Assembly (NCBI GenBank): GCA_032718475.1
Contig: JAUCBJ010008102.1
Span: 1-49,241, forward strand
DNA from: Nemertoderma westbladi
Lineage: Eukaryota > Animalia > Xenacoelomorpha
Direction: 5' to 3'
DNA length: 49,241 nt
Below, piece after piece: positions 1 through 18,000 of this stretch (within the stretch, counting starts at the first letter, position 1; the number at the start of each line of letters is the position of its first letter). The notes beneath the pieces are model-generated. The model did no database searches. It saw only the letters and a list, made by a program, of their open reading frames with translations, and was not told the origin of the DNA. Position numbers and translations under genes: made by a program.

Positions 1-3000
1 AAATACAACTTATATAACTTACCTTTGGTTGTAAATATAACTTATATAACTTACCTTTGGTTGTAAATATAACTTATATAACTTACCTTTGGTTGTAAAT
101 ATAACTTATATAACTTACCTTTGGTTGTAAATACAACTTAGATAACTTACCTTTGGTTGTAAATATAACTTATATAACTTACCTTTGGTTGTAAATACAA
201 CTTATATAACTTTGGTTGTAAATACAACTTATATAACTTACCTTTGGTTGTAAATACAACTTATATAACTTACATTTGGTTGTAAATACAACTTATATAA
301 CTTACCTTTGGTTGTAAATACAACTTAGATAACTTACCTTTGGTTGTAAATATAACTTATATAACTTACCTTTGGTTGTAAATACAACTTATATAACTTT
401 GGTTGTAAATACAACTTATATAACTTACCTTTGGTTGTAAATACAACTTATATAACTTACCTTTGGTTGTAAATACAACTTATATAACTTACCTTTGGTT
501 GTAAATATAACTTATATAACTTACCTTTGGTTGTAAATATAACTTATATAACTTACCTTTGGTTGTAAATACAACTCATATAACTTACCTTTGGTTGTAA
601 ATACAACTTATATAACTTACCTTTGGTTGTAAATACAACTTATATAACTTACCTTTGGTTGTAAATATAACTTATATAACTTACCTTTGGTTGTAAATAT
701 AACTTATATAACTTACCTTTGGTTGTAAATACAACTTATATAACTTACCTTTGGTTGTATATACAACTTATATAACTTACCCTTGGTTGTAAATATAACT
801 TATATAACTTACCTTTGGTTGTAAATACAACTCATATAACTTACCTTTGGTTGTAAATACAACTTATATAACTTACCTTTGGTTGTAAATACAACTTATA
901 TAACTTACCTTTGGTTGTAAATATAACTTATATAACTTACCTTTGGTTGTAAATACAACTCATATAACTTACCTTTGGTTGTAAATATAACTTATATAAC
1001 TTACCTTTGGTTGTAAATACAACTCATATAACTTACCTTTGGTTGTAAATATAACTTATATTACTTACCTTTGGTTGTAAATACAACTTATATAACTTAC
1101 CTTTGGTTGTAAATATGACTTATATAACTTACCTTTGGTTGTAAATATGACTTATATAACTTACCTTTGGTTGTAAATATAACTTATATAACTTACCTTT
1201 GGTTGTAAATACAACTCATATAACTTACCTTTGGTTGTAAATACAACTTATATAACTTACCTTTGGTTGTAAATACAACTTATATAACTTACCTTTGGTT
1301 GTAAATATAACTTATATAACTTACCTTTGGTTGTAAATATAACTTATATAACTTACCTTTGGTTGTAAATACAACTTATATAACTTACCTTTGGTTGTAA
1401 ATACAACTTATATAACTTACCTTTGGTTGTAAATACAACTCATATAACTTACCTTTGGTTGTAAATACAACTTATATAACTTACCTTTGGTTGTAAATAT
1501 AACTTATATAACTTACCTTTGGTTGTAAATATAACTTATATAACTTACCTTTGGTTGTAAATACAACTCATATAACTTACCTTTGGTTGTAAATACAACT
1601 CATATAACTTACCTTTGGTTGTAAATACAACTTATATAACTTACCTTTGGTTGTAAATATAACTTATATAACTTACCTTTGGTTGTAAATATAACTTATA
1701 TAACTTACCTTTGGTTGTAAATACAACTTATATAACTTACCTTTGGTTGTAAATATGACTTATATAACTTACCTTTGGTTGTAACTTGTAAATATGACTT
1801 ATATAACTTACCTTTGGTTGTAACTTGTAAATATGACTTATATAACTTACCTTTGGTTGTAAATATAACTTATATAACTTACCTTTGGTTGTAAATACAA
1901 CTCATATAACTTACCTTTGGTTGTAAATACAACTTATATAACTTACCTTTGGTTGTAAATACAACTTATATACCGGTAACTTACCTTTGGTTGTAAATAT
2001 AACTTATATAACTTACCTTTGGTTGTAAATATAACTTATATAACTTACCTTTGGTTGTAAATACAACTCATATAACTTACCTTTGGTTGTAAATATAACT
2101 TATATTACTTACCTTTGGTTGTAAATACAACTTATATAACTTACCTTTGGTTGTAAATATGACTTATATAACTTACCTTTGGTTGTAAATATGACTTATA
2201 TAACTTACCTTTGGTTGTAAATACAACTTATTGTAAATACAACTTATATAACTTACCTTTGGTTGTAAATACAACTTATATAACTTACCTTTGATTGTAA
2301 ATACAACTTATATAACTTACCTTTGGTTGTAAATACAACTTATATAACTTACCTTTGGTTGTAAATACAACTTATATAACTTACCTTTGGTTGTAAATAC
2401 AACTTATATAACTTACCTTTGGTTGTAAATACAACTTATATAACATACCTTTGGTTGTAAATACAACTTATATAACTTACCTTTGGTTGTAAATACAACT
2501 TATATAACTTACCTTTGGTTGTAAATACAACTTAGATAACTTACCTTTGGTTGTAAATATAACTTATATAACTTACCTTTGGTTGTAAATACAACTTATA
2601 TAACTTTGGTTGTAAATACAACTTATATAACTTACCTTTGGCTGTAAATACAACTTATATAACTTACCTTTGGTTGTAAATATAACTTATATAACTTTGG
2701 TTGTAAATACAACTTATATAACTTACCTTTGGCTGTAAATGCAACTTATATAACTTACCTTTGGTTGTAAATATGACTTATATAACTTACCTTTGGTTGT
2801 AAATACAACTTATATAACTTACCTTTGGTTGTAAATATGACTTATATAACTTACCTTTGGTTGTAAATACAACTTATATAACTTACCTTTGGTTGTAAAT
2901 ATGACTTATATAACTTACCTTTGGTTGTAAATACAACTTATATAACTTACCTTTGGCTGTAAATACAACTTATATAACTTACCTTTGGTTGTAAATATGA

Positions 3001-6000
3001 CTTATATAACTTACCTTTGGTTGTAAATACAACTTATATAACTTACCTTTGGCTGTAAATACAACTTATATAACTTACCTTTGGTTGTAAATATAACTTA
3101 TATAACTTACCTTTGGTTGTAAATACAACTTATATAACTTTGGTTGTAAATACAACTTATATAACTTACCTTTGGTTGTAAATACAACTTATATAACTTA
3201 CATTTGGTTGTAAATACAACTTATATAACTTACCTTTGGTTGTAAATACAACTTAGATAACTTTGGTTGTAAATACAACTTATATAACTTACCTTTGGTT
3301 GTAAATACAACTTATATAACTTACATTTGGTTGTAAATACAACTTATATAACTTACCTTTGGTTGTAAATACAACTCATATAACTTACCTTTGGTTGTAA
3401 ATACAACTTATATAACTTACCTTTGGTTGTAAATACAACTTATATAACTTACCTTTGGTTGTAAATATAACTTATATAACTTACCTTTGGTTGTAAATAC
3501 AACTCATATAACTTACCTTTGGTTGTAAATATAACTTATATAACTTACCTTTGGTTGTAAATACAACTCATATAACTTACCTTTGGTTGTAAATATAACT
3601 TATATTACTTACCTTTGGTTGTAAATACAACTTATATAACTTACCTTTGGTTGTAAATATGACTTATATAACTTACCTTTGGTTGTAAATATGACTTATA
3701 TAACTTACCTTTGGTTGTAAATATAACTTATATAACTTACCTTTGGTTGTAAATACAACTCATATAACTTACCTTTGGTTGTAAATACAACTTATATAAC
3801 TTACCTTTGGTTGTAAATACAACTTATATAACTTACCTTTGGTTGTAAATATAACTTATATAACTTACCTTTGGTTGTAAATATAACTTATATAACTTAC
3901 CTTTGGTTGTAAATACAACTTATATAACTTACCTTTGGTTGTAAATACAACTTATATAACTTACCTTTGGTTGTAAATACAACTCATATAACTTACCTTT
4001 GGTTGTAAATACAACTTATATAACTTACCTTTGGTTGTAAATACAACTTATATAACTTACCTTTGGTTGTAAATATAACTTATATAACTTACCTTTGGTT
4101 GTAAATATAACTTATATAACTTACCTTTGGTTGTAAATACAACTTATATAACTTACCTTTGGTTGTAAATATGACTTATATAACTTACCTTTGGTTGTAA
4201 CTTGTAAATATGACTTATATAACTTACCTTTGGTTGTAACTTGTAAATATGACTTATATAACTTACCTTTGGTTGTAAATATAACTTATATAACTTACCT
4301 TTGGTTGTAAATACAACTCATATAACTTACCTTTGGTTGTAAATACAACTTATATAACTTACCTTTGGTTGTAAATACAACTTATATACCGGTAACTTAC
4401 CTTTGGTTGTAAATATAACTTATATAACTTACCTTTGGTTGTAAATATAACTTATATAACTTACCTTTGGTTGTAAATACAACTCATATAACTTACCTTT
4501 GGTTGTAAATATAACTTATATTACTTACCTTTGGTTGTAAATACAACTTATATAACTTACCTTTGGTTGTAAATATGACTTATATAACTTACCTTTGGTT
4601 GTAAATATGACTTATATAACTTACCTTTGGTTGTAAATACAACTTATTGTAAATACAACTTATATAACTTACCTTTGGTTGTAAATACAACTTATATAAC
4701 TTACCTTTGATTGTAAATACAACTTATATAACTTACCTTTGGTTGTAAATACAACTTATATAACTTACCTTTGGTTGTAAATACAACTTATATAACTTAC
4801 CTTTGGTTGTAAATACAACTTATATAACTTACCTTTGGTTGTAAATACAACTTATATAACATACCTTTGGTTGTAAATACAACTTATATAACTTACCTTT
4901 GGTTGTAAATACAACTTATATAACTTACCTTTGGTTGTAAATACAACTTAGATAACTTACCTTTGGTTGTAAATATAACTTATATAACTTACCTTTGGTT
5001 GTAAATACAACTTATATAACTTTGGTTGTAAATACAACTTATATAACTTACCTTTGGCTGTAAATACAACTTATATAACTTACCTTTGGTTGTAAATATA
5101 ACTTATATAACTTTGGTTGTAAATACAACTTATATAACTTACCTTTGGCTGTAAATACAACTTATATAACTTACCTTTGGTTGTAAATATGACTTATATA
5201 ACTTACCTTTGGTTGTAAATACAACTTATATAACTTACCTTTGGTTGTAAATATGACTTATATAACTTACCTTTGGTTGTAAATACAACTTATATAACTT
5301 ACCTTTGGTTGTAAATATGACTTATATAACTTACCTTTGGTTGTAAATACAACTTATATAACTTACCTTTGGCTGTAAATACAACTTATATAACTTACCT
5401 TTGGTTGTAAATATGACTTATATAACTTACCTTTGGTTGTAAATACAACTTATATAACTTACCTTTGGCTGTAAATACAACTTATATAACTTACCTTTGG
5501 TTGTAAATATAACTTATATAACTTACCTTTGGTTGTAAATACAACTCATATAACTTACCTTTGGTTGTAAATACAACTTATATAACTTACCTTTGGTTGT
5601 AAATACAACTTATATACCGGTAACTTACCTTTGGTTGTAAATATAACTTATATAACTTACCTTTGGTTGTAAATATAACTTATATAACTTACCTTTGGTT
5701 GTAAATACAACTCATATAACTTACCTTTGGTTGTAAATATAACTTATATTACTTACCTTTGGTTGTAAATACAACTTATATAACTTACCTTTGGTTGTAA
5801 ATATGACTTATATAACTTACCTTTGGTTGTAAATATGACTTATATAACTTACCTTTGGTTGTAAATACAACTTATTGTAAATACAACTTATATAACTTAC
5901 CTTTGGTTGTAAATACAACTTATATAACTTACCTTTGATTGTAAATACAACTTATATAACTTACCTTTGGTTGTAAATACAACTTATATAACTTACCTTT

Positions 6001-9000
6001 GGTTGTAAATACAACTTATATAACTTACCTTTGGTTGTAAATACAACTTATATAACTTACCTTTGGTTGTAAATACAACTTATATAACATACCTTTGGTT
6101 GTAAATACAACTTATATAACTTACCTTTGGTTGTAAATACAACTTATATAACTTACCTTTGGTTGTAAATACAACTTAGATAACTTACCTTTGGTTGTAA
6201 ATATAACTTATATAACTTACCTTTGGTTGTAAATACAACTTATATAACTTTGGTTGTAAATACAACTTATATAACTTACCTTTGGCTGTAAATACAACTT
6301 ATATAACTTACCTTTGGTTGTAAATATAACTTATATAACTTTGGTTGTAAATACAACTTATATAACTTACCTTTGGCTGTAAATACAACTTATATAACTT
6401 ACCTTTGGTTGTAAATATGACTTATATAACTTACCTTTGGTTGTAAATACAACTTATATAACTTACCTTTGGTTGTAAATATGACTTATATAACTTACCT
6501 TTGGTTGTAAATACAACTTATATAACTTACCTTTGGTTGTAAATATGACTTATATAACTTACCTTTGGTTGTAAATACAACTTATATAACTTACCTTTGG
6601 CTGTAAATACAACTTATATAACTTACCTTTGGTTGTAAATATGACTTATATAACTTACCTTTGGTTGTAAATACAACTTATATAACTTACCTTTGGCTGT
6701 AAATACAACTTATATAACTTACCTTTGGTTGTAAATATAACTTATATAACTTACCTTTGGTTGTAAATACAACTTATATAACTTTGGTTGTAAATACAAC
6801 TTATATAACTTACCTTTGGTTGTAAATACAACTTATATAACTTACATTTGGTTGTAAATACAACTTATATAACTTACCTTTGGTTGTAAATACAACTTAG
6901 ATAACTTACCTTTGGTTGTAAATATAACTTATATAACTTACCTTTGGTTGTAAATACAACTTATATAACTTTGGTTGTAAATACAACTTATATAACTTAC
7001 CTTTGGTTGTAAATAGAACTTATATAACTTACCTTTGATTGTAAATACAACTTATATAACTTACCTTTGGTTGTAAATATAACTTATATAACTTACCTTT
7101 GGTTGTAAATACAACTCATATAACTTACCTTTGGTTGTAAATACAACTTATATAACTTACCTTTGGTTGTAAATACAACTTATATAACTTACCTTTGGTT
7201 GTAAATATAACTTATATAACTTACCTTTGGTTGTAAATATAACTTATATAACTTACCTTTGGTTGTAAATATAACTTATATAACTTACCTTTGGTTGTAA
7301 ATACAACTTAGATAACTTACCTTTGGTTGTAAATATAACTTATATAACTTACCTTTGGTTGTAAATATAACTTATATAACTTACCTTTGGTTGTAAATAC
7401 AACTCATATAACTTACCTTTGGTTGTAAATATAACTTATATAACTTACCTTTGGTTGTAAATACAACTCATATAACTTACCTTTGGTTGTAAATATAACT
7501 TATATTACTTACCTTTGGTTGTAAATACAACTTATATAACTTACCTTTGGTTGTAAATATGACTTATATAACTTACCTTTGGTTGTAAATATGACTTATA
7601 TAACTTACCTTTGGTTGTAAATATAACTTATATAACTTACCTTTGGTTGTAAATACAACTCATATAACTTACCTTTGGTTGTAAATACAACTTATATAAC
7701 TTACCTTTGGTTGTAAATACAACTTATATAACTTACCTTTGGTTGTAAATATAACTTATATAACTTACCTTTGGTTGTAAATATAACTTATATAACTTAC
7801 CTTTGGTTGTAAATACAACTTATATAACTTACCTTTGGTTGTAAATACAACTTATATAACTTACCTTTGGTTGTAAATACAACTCATATAACTTACCTTT
7901 GGTTGTAAATACAACTTATATATATAACTTACCTTTGGTTGTAAATACAACTTATATAACTTACCTTTGGTTGTAAATATAACTTATATAACTTACCTTT
8001 GGTTGTAAATATAACTTATATAACTTACCTTTGGTTGTAAATACAACTTATATAACTTACCTTTGGTTGTAAATATGACTTATATAACTTACCTTTGGTT
8101 GTAACTTGTAAATATGACTTATATAACTTACCTTTTTTTGTAACTTGTAAATATGACTTATATAACTTACCTTTGGTTGTAAATATAACTTATATAACTT
8201 ACCTTTGGTTGTAAATACAACTCATATAACTTACCTTTGGTTGTAAATACAACTTATATAACTTACCTTTGGTTGTAAATACAACTTATATACCGGTAAC
8301 TTACCTTTGGTTGTAAATATAACTTATATAACTTACCTTTGGTTGTAAATATAACTTATATAACTTACCTTTGGTTGTAAATACAACTCATATAACTTAC
8401 CTTTGGTTGTAAATATAACTTATATTACTTACCTTTGGTTGTAAATACAACTTATATAACTTACCTTTGGTTGTAAATATGACTTATATAACTTACCTTT
8501 GGTTGTAAATATGACTTATATAACTTACCTTTGGTTGTAAATACAACTTATTGTAAATACAACTTATATAACTTACCTTTGGTTGTAAATACAACTTATA
8601 TAACTTACCTTTGATTGTAAATACAACTTATATAACTTACCTTTGGTTGTAAATACAACTTATATAACTTACCTTTGGTTGTAAATACAACTTATATAAC
8701 TTACCTTTGGTTGTAAATACAACTTATATAACTTACCTTTGGTTGTAAATACAACTTATATAACATACCTTTGGTTGTAAATACAACTTATATAACTTAC
8801 CTTTGGTTGTAAATACAACTTATATAACTTACCTTTGGTTGTAAATACAACTTAGATAAATTACCTTTGGTTGTAAATATAACTTATATAACTTACCTTT
8901 GGTTGTAAATACAACTTATATAACTTTGGTTGTAAATACAACTTATATAACTTACCTTTGGCTGTAAATACAACTTATATAACTTACCTTTGGTTGTAAA

Positions 9001-12000
9001 TATAACTTATATAACTTTGGTTGTAAATACAACTTATATAACTTACCTTTGGCTGTAAATACAACTTATATAACTTACCTTTGGTTGTAAATATGACTTA
9101 TATAACTTACCTTTGGTTGTAAATACAACTTATATAACTTACCTTTGGTTGTAAATATGACTTATATAACTTACCTTTGGTTGTAAATACAACTTATATA
9201 ACTTACCTTTGGTTGTAAATATGACTTATATAACTTACCTTTGGTTGTAAATACAACTTATATAACTTACCTTTGGCTGTAAATACAACTTATATAACTT
9301 ACCTTTGGTTGTAAATATGACTTATATAACTTACCTTTGGTTGTAAATACAACTTATATAACTTACCTTTGGCTGTAAATACAACTTATATAACTTACCT
9401 TTGGTTGTAAATATAACTTATATAACTTACCTTTGGTTGTAAATACAACTTATATAACTTTGGTTGTAAATACAACTTATATAACTTACCTTTGGTTGTA
9501 AATACAACTTATATAACTTACATTTGGTTGTAAATACAACTTATATAACTTACCTTTGGTTGTAAATACAACTTAGATAACTTACCTTTGGTTGTAAATA
9601 TAACTTATATAACTTACCTTTGGTTGTAAATACAACTTATATAACTTTGGTTGTAAATACAACTTATATAACTTACCTTTGGTTGTAAATAGAACTTATA
9701 TAACTTACCTTTGGTTGTAAATACAACTTATATAACTTACCTTTGGTTGTAAATATAACTTATATAACTTACCTTTGGTTGTAAATACAACTCATATAAC
9801 TTACCTTTGGTTGTAAATACAACTTATATAACTTACCTTTGGTTGTAAATACAACTTATATAACTTACCTTTGGTTGTAAATATAACTTATATAACTTAC
9901 CTTTGGTTGTAAATATAACTTATATAACTTACCTTTGGTTGTAAATATAACTTATATAACTTACCTTTGGTTGTAAATACAACTTAGATAACTTACCTTT
10001 GGTTGTAAATATAACTTATATAACTTACCTTTGGTTGTAAATACAACTTATATAACTTTGGTTGTAAATACAACTTATATAACTTACCTTTGGTTGTAAA
10101 TACAACTTATATAACTTACATTTGGTTGTAAATACAACTTATATAACTTACCTTTGGTTGTAAATACAACTTAGATAACTTACCTTTGGTTGTAAATATA
10201 ACTTATATAACTTACCTTTGGTTGTAAATACAACTTATATAACTTTGGTTGTAAATACAACTTATATAACTTACCTTTGGTTGTAAATACAACTTATATA
10301 ACTTACCTTTGGTTGTAAATACAACTTATATAACTTACCTTTGGTTGTAAATATAACTTATATAACTTACCTTTGGTTGTAAATATAACTTATATAACTT
10401 ACCTTTGGTTGTAAATACAACTCATATAACTTACCTTTGGTTGTAAATACAACTTATATAACTTACCTTTGGTTGTAAATACAACTTATATAACTTACCT
10501 TTGGTTGTAAATATAACTTATATAACTTACCTTTGGTTGTAAATATAACTTATATAACTTACCTTTGGTTGTAAATACAACTTATATAACTTACCTTTGG
10601 TTGTATATACAACTTATATAACTTACCTTTGGTTGTAAATATAACTTATATAACTTACCTTTGGTTGTAAATACAACTCATATAACTTACCTTTGGTTGT
10701 AAATACAACTTATATAACTTACCTTTGGTTGTAAATACAACTTATATAACTTACCTTTGGTTGTAAATATAACTTATATAACTTACCTTTGGTTGTAAAT
10801 ACAACTCATATAACTTACCTTTGGTTGTAAATATAACTTATATAACTTACCTTTGGTTGTAAATACAACTCATATAACTTACCTTTGGTTGTAAATATAA
10901 CTTATATTACTTACCTTTGGTTGTAAATACAACTTATATAACTTACCTTTGGTTGTAAATATGACTTATATAACTTACCTTTGGTTGTAAATATGACTTA
11001 TATAACTTACCTTTGGTTGTAAATATAACTTATATAACTTACCTTTGGTTGTAAATACAACTCATATAACTTACCTTTGGTTGTAAATACAACTTATATA
11101 ACTTACCTTTGGTTGTAAATACAACTTATATAACTTACCTTTGGTTGTAAATATAACTTATATAACTTACCTTTGGTTGTAAATATAACTTATATAACTT
11201 ACCTTTGGTTGTAAATACAACTTATATAACTTACCTTTGGTTGTAAATACAACTTATATAACTTACCTTTGGTTGTAAATACAACTCATATAACTTACCT
11301 TTGGTTGTAAATACAACTTATATAACTTACCTTTGGTTGTAAATACAACTTATATAACTTACCTTTGGTTGTAAATATAACTTATATAACTTACCTTTGG
11401 TTGTAAATATAACTTATATAACTTACCTTTGGTTGTAAATACAACTCATATAACTTACCTTTGGTTGTAAATACAACTCATATAACTTACCTTTGGTTGT
11501 AAATACAACTTATATAACTTACCTTTGGTTGTAAATATAACTTATATAACTTACCTTTGGTTGTAAATATAACTTATATAACTTACCTTTGGTTGTAAAT
11601 ACAACTTATATAACTTACCTTTGGTTGTAAATATGACTTATATAACTTACCTTTGGTTGTAACTTGTAAATATGACTTATATAACTTACCTTTGGTTGTA
11701 ACTTGTAAATATGACTTATATAACTTACCTTTGGTTGTAAATATAACTTATATAACTTACCTTTGGTTGTAAATACAACTCATATAACTTACCTTTGGTT
11801 GTAAATACAACTTATATAACTTACCTTTGGTTGTAAATACAACTTATATACCGGTAACTTACCTTTGGTTGTAAATACAACTCATATAACTTACCTTTGG
11901 TTGTAAATATAACTTATATTACTTACCTTTGGTTGTAAATACAACTTATATAACTTACCTTTGGTTGTAAATATGACTTATATAACTTACCTTTGGTTGT

Positions 12001-15000
12001 AAATATGACTTATATAACTTACCTTTGGTTGTAAATATGACTTATATAACTTACCTTTGGTTGTAAATACAACTTATATAACTTACCTTTGGTTGTAAAT
12101 ATAACTTATATTACTTACCTTTGGTTGTAAATACAACTTATATAACTTACCTTTGGTTGTAAATGTAAATACAACTTATAAAACTTACCTTTGGTTGTAA
12201 ATACAACTTATATAACTTACCTTTGGTTGTAAATATAACTTATATTACTTACTTACCTTTGGTTGTAAATATAACTTATATAACTTTGGTTGTAAATACA
12301 ACTTATATAACTTACCTTTGGTTGTAAATACAACTTATATAACTTACCTTTGGTTGTAAATACAACTTATATAACTTTGGTTGTAAATACAACTTATATA
12401 ACTTACCTTTGGTTGTAAATACAACTTATATAACTTTGGTTGTAAATACAACTTATATAACTTACCTTTAATTGTAAATACAACTTATATAACTTACCTT
12501 TGGTTGTAAATACAACTTATATAACTTACCTTTGGTTGTAAATACAACTTATATAACTTACCTTTGGTTGTAAATATAACTTATATAACTTACCTTTGGT
12601 TGTAAATACAACTTATATAACTTACCTTTGGTTGTAAATACAACTTATATAACTTACCTTTGGTTGTAAATATAACTTATATAACTTTGGTTGTAAATAC
12701 AACTTATATAACTTACCTTTGGTTGTAAATACAACTTATATAACTTACCTTTGGTTGTAAATACAACTTATATAACTTTGGTTGTAAATACAACTTATAT
12801 AACTTACCTTTGGTTGTAAATACAACTTATATAACTTTGGTTGTAAATACAACTTATATAACTTACCTTTGGTTGTAAATATGACTTATATAACTTACCT
12901 TTGGTTGTAAATACAACTTATATAACTTACCTTTGGTTGTAAATATAACTTATATAACTTACCTTTGGTTGTAAATACAACTTATATAACTTACCTTTGG
13001 TTGTAAATACAACTTATATAACTTACCTTTGGTTGTAAATACAACTTATATAACTTACCTTTGGTTGTAAATACAACTTATATAACTTACCTTTGGTTGT
13101 AAATATAACTTATATAACTTTGGTTGTAAATACAACTTATATAACTTACCTTTGGTTGTAAATACAACTTATATAACTTACCTTTGGTTGTAAATACAAC
13201 TTATATAACTTTGGTTGTAAATACAACTTATATAACTTACCTTTGGTTGTAAATACAACTTATATAACTTTGGTTGTAAATACAACTTATATAACTTACC
13301 TTTGGTTGTAAATATGACTTATATAACTTACCTTTGGTTGTAAATACAACTTATATAACTTACCTTTGGTTGTAAATACAACTTATATAACTTACCTTTG
13401 GTTGTAAATATAACTTATATAACTTTGGTTGTAAATACAACTTATATAACTTACCTTTGGTTGTAAATACAACTTATATAACTTTGGTTGTAAATACAAC
13501 TCATATAACTTACCTTTGGTTGTAAATATAACTTATATAACTTACCTTTGGTTGTAAATACAACTCATATAACTTACCTTTGGTTGTAAATATAACTTAT
13601 ATTACTTACCTTTGGTTGTAAATACAACTTATATAACTTACCTTTGGTTGTAAATATGACTTATATAACTTACCTTTGGTTGTAAATATGACTTATATAA
13701 CTTACCTTTGGTTGTAAATATAACTTATATAACTTACCTTTGGTTGTAAATACAACTCATATAACTTACCTTTGGTTGTAAATACAACTTATATAACTTA
13801 CCTTTGGTTGTAAATACAACTTATATAACTTACCTTTGGTTGTAAATATAACTTATATAACTTACCTTTGGTTGTAAATATAACTTATATAACTTACCTT
13901 TGGTTGTAAATACAACTTATATAACTTACCTTTGGTTGTAAATACAACTTATATAACTTACCTTTGGTTGTAAATACAACTCATATAACTTACCTTTGGT
14001 TGTAAATACAACTTATATAACTTACCTTTGGTTGTAAATACAACTTATATAACTTACCTTTGGTTGTAAATATAACTTATATAACTTACCTTTGGTTGTA
14101 AATATAACTTATATAACTTACCTTTGGTTGTAAATACAACTCATATAACTTACCTTTGGTTGTAAATACAACTCATATAACTTACCTTTGGTTGTAAATA
14201 CAACTTATATAACTTACCTTTGGTTGTAAATATAACTTATATAACTTACCTTTGGTTGTAAATATAACTTATATAACTTACCTTTGGTTGTAAATACAAC
14301 TTATATAACTTACCTTTGGTTGTAAATATGACTTATATAACTTACCTTTGGTTGTAACTTGTAAATATGACTTATATAACTTACCTTTGGTTGTAACTTG
14401 TAAATATGACTTATATAACTTACCTTTGGTTGTAAATATAACTTATATAACTTACCTTTGGTTGTAAATACAACTCATATAACTTACCTTTGGTTGTAAA
14501 TACAACTTATATAACTTACCTTTGGTTGTAAATACAACTTATATACCGGTAACTTACCTTTGGTTGTAAATATAACTTATATAACTTACCTTTGGTTGTA
14601 AATATAACTTATATAACTTACCTTTGGTTGTAAATACAACTCATATAACTTACCTTTGGTTGTAAATATAACTTATATTACTTACCTTTGGTTGTAAATA
14701 CAACTTATATAACTTACCTTTGGTTGTAAATATGACTTATATAACTTACCTTTGGTTGTAAATATGACTTATATAACTTACCTTTGGTTGTAAATATGAC
14801 TTATATAACTTACCTTTGGTTGTAAATACAACTTATATAACTTACCTTTGGTTGTAAATATAACTTATATTACTTACCTTTGGTTGTAAATACAACTTAT
14901 ATAACTTACCTTTGGTTGTAAATGTAAATACAACTTATAAAACTTACCTTTGGTTGTAAATACAACTTATATAACTTACCTTTGGTTGTAAATATAACTT

Positions 15001-18000
15001 ATATTACTTACTTACCTTTGGTTGTAAATATAACTTATATAACTTTGGTTGTAAATACAACTTATATAACTTACCTTTGGTTGTAAATACAACTTATATA
15101 ACTTACCTTTGGTTGTAAATACAACTTATATAACTTTGGTTGTAAATACAACTTATATAACTTACCTTTGGTTGTAAATACAACTTATATAACTTTGGTT
15201 GTAAATACAACTTATATAACTTACCTTTGGTTGTAAATACAACTTATATAACTTACCTTTGGTTGTAAATACAACTTATATAACTTACCTTTGGTTGTAA
15301 ATACAACTTATATAACTTACCTTTGGTTGTAAATATAACTTATATAACTTACCTTTGGTTGTAAATACAACTTATATAACTTACCTTTGGTTGTAAATAC
15401 AACTTATATAACTTACCTTTGGTTGTAAATATAACTTATATAACTTTGGTTGTAAATACAACTTATATAACTTACCTTTGGTTGTAAATACAACTTATAT
15501 AACTTACCTTTGGTTGTAAATACAACTTATATAACTTTGGTTGTAAATACAACTTATATAACTTACCTTTGGTTGTAAATACAACTTATATAACTTTGGT
15601 TGTAAATACAACTTATATAACTTACCTTTGGTTGTAAATATGACTTATATAACTTACCTTTGGTTGTAAATACAACTTATATAACTTACCTTTGGTTGTA
15701 AATATAACTTATATAACTTACCTTTGGTTGTAAATACAACTTATATAACTTACCTTTGGTTGTAAATACAACTTATATAACTTACCTTTGGTTGTAAATA
15801 CAACTTATATAACTTACCTTTGGTTGTAAATACAACTTATATAACTTACCTTTGGTTGTAAATATAACTTATATAACTTTGGTTGTAAATACATCTTATA
15901 TAACTTACCTTTGGTTGTAAATACAACTTATATAACTTACCTTTGATTGTAAATACAACTTATATAACTTTGGTTGTAAATACAACTTATATAACTTACC
16001 TTTGGTTGTAAATACAACTTATATAACTTTGGTTGTAAATACAACTTATATAACTTACCTTTGGTTGTAAATATGACTTATATAACTTACCTTTGGTTGT
16101 AAATACAACTTATATAACTTACCTTTGGTTGTAAATACAACTTATATAACTTACCTTTGGTTGTAAATATAACTTATATAACTTTGGTTGTAAATACAAC
16201 TTATATAACTTACCTTTGGTTGTAAATACAACTTATATAACTTACCTTTGGTTGTAAATACAACTTATATAACTTTGGTTGTAAATATGACTTATATAAC
16301 TTACCTTTGGTTGTAAATATGACTTATATAACTTACCTTTGGTTGTAAATATGACTTATATAACTTACCTTTGGTTGTAAATACAACTTATATAACTTAC
16401 CTTTGGTTGTAAATACAACTTATATAACTTACCTTTGGTTGTAAATACAACTTATATAACTTACCTTTGGTTGTAAATATAACTTATATAACTTACCTTT
16501 GGTTGTAAATACAACTTATATAACTTACCTTTGGTTGTAAATACAACTTATATAACTTACCTTTGGTTGTAAATATAACTTATATAACTTACCTTTGGTT
16601 GTAAATACAACTTATATAACTTACCTTTGGTTGTAAATACAACTTATATAACTTACCTTTGGTTGTAAATATAACTTATATAACTTACCTTTGGTTGTAA
16701 ATACAACTTATATAACTTACCTTTGGTTGTAAATATGACTTATATAACTTACCTTTGGTTGTAAATATGACTTATATAACTTACCTTTGGTTGTAAATAC
16801 AACTTATATAACTTACCTTTGGTTGTAAATATAACTTATATAACTTTGGTTGTAAATACAACTTATATAACTTACCTTTGGTTGTAAATACAACTTATAT
16901 AACTTTGGTTGTAAATACAACTTATATAACTTACCTTTGGTTGTAAATACAACTTATATAACTTTGGTTGTAAATACAACTTATATAACTTACCTTTGGT
17001 TGTAAATGTAAATACAACTTATAAAACTTACCTTTGGTTGTAAATACAACTTATATAACTTACCTTTGGTTGTAAATATAACTTATATTACTTACTTACC
17101 TTTGGTTGTAAATATAACTTATATAACTTTGGTTGTAAATACAACTTATATAACTTACCTTTGGTTGTAAATACAACTTATATAACTTACCTTTGGTTGT
17201 AAATACAACTTATATAACTTTGGTTGTAAATACAACTTATATAACTTACCTTTGGTTGTAAATACAACTTATATAACTTTGGTTGTAAATACAACTTATA
17301 TAACTTACCTTTGGTTGTAAATACAACTCATATAACTTACCTTTGGTTGTAAATACAACTTATATAACTTACCTTTGGTTGTAAATATAACTTATATAAC
17401 TTACCTTTGGTTGTAAATATAACTTATATAACTTACCTTTGGTTGTAAATACAACTTATATAACTTACCTTTGGTTGTAAATATGACTTATATAACTTAC
17501 CTTTGGTTGTAACTTGTAAATATGACTTATATAACTTACCTTTGGTTGTAACTTGTAAATATGACTTATATAACTTACCTTTGGTTGTAAATATAACTTA
17601 TATAACTTACCTTTGGTTGTAAATACAACTCATATAACTTACCTTTGGTTGTAAATACAACTTATATAACTTACCTTTGGTTGTAAATACAACTTATATA
17701 CCGGTAACTTACCTTTGGTTGTAAATATAACTTATATAACTTACCTTTGGTTGTAAATATAACTTATATAACTTACCTTTGGTTGTAAATACAACTCATA
17801 TAACTTACCTTTGGTTGTAAATATAACTTATATTACTTACCTTTGGTTGTAAATACAACTTATATAACTTACCTTTGGTTGTAAATATGACTTATATAAC
17901 TTACCTTTGGTTGTAAATATGACTTATATAACTTACCTTTGGTTGTAAATATGACTTATATAACTTACCTTTGGTTGTAAATACAACTTATATAACTTAC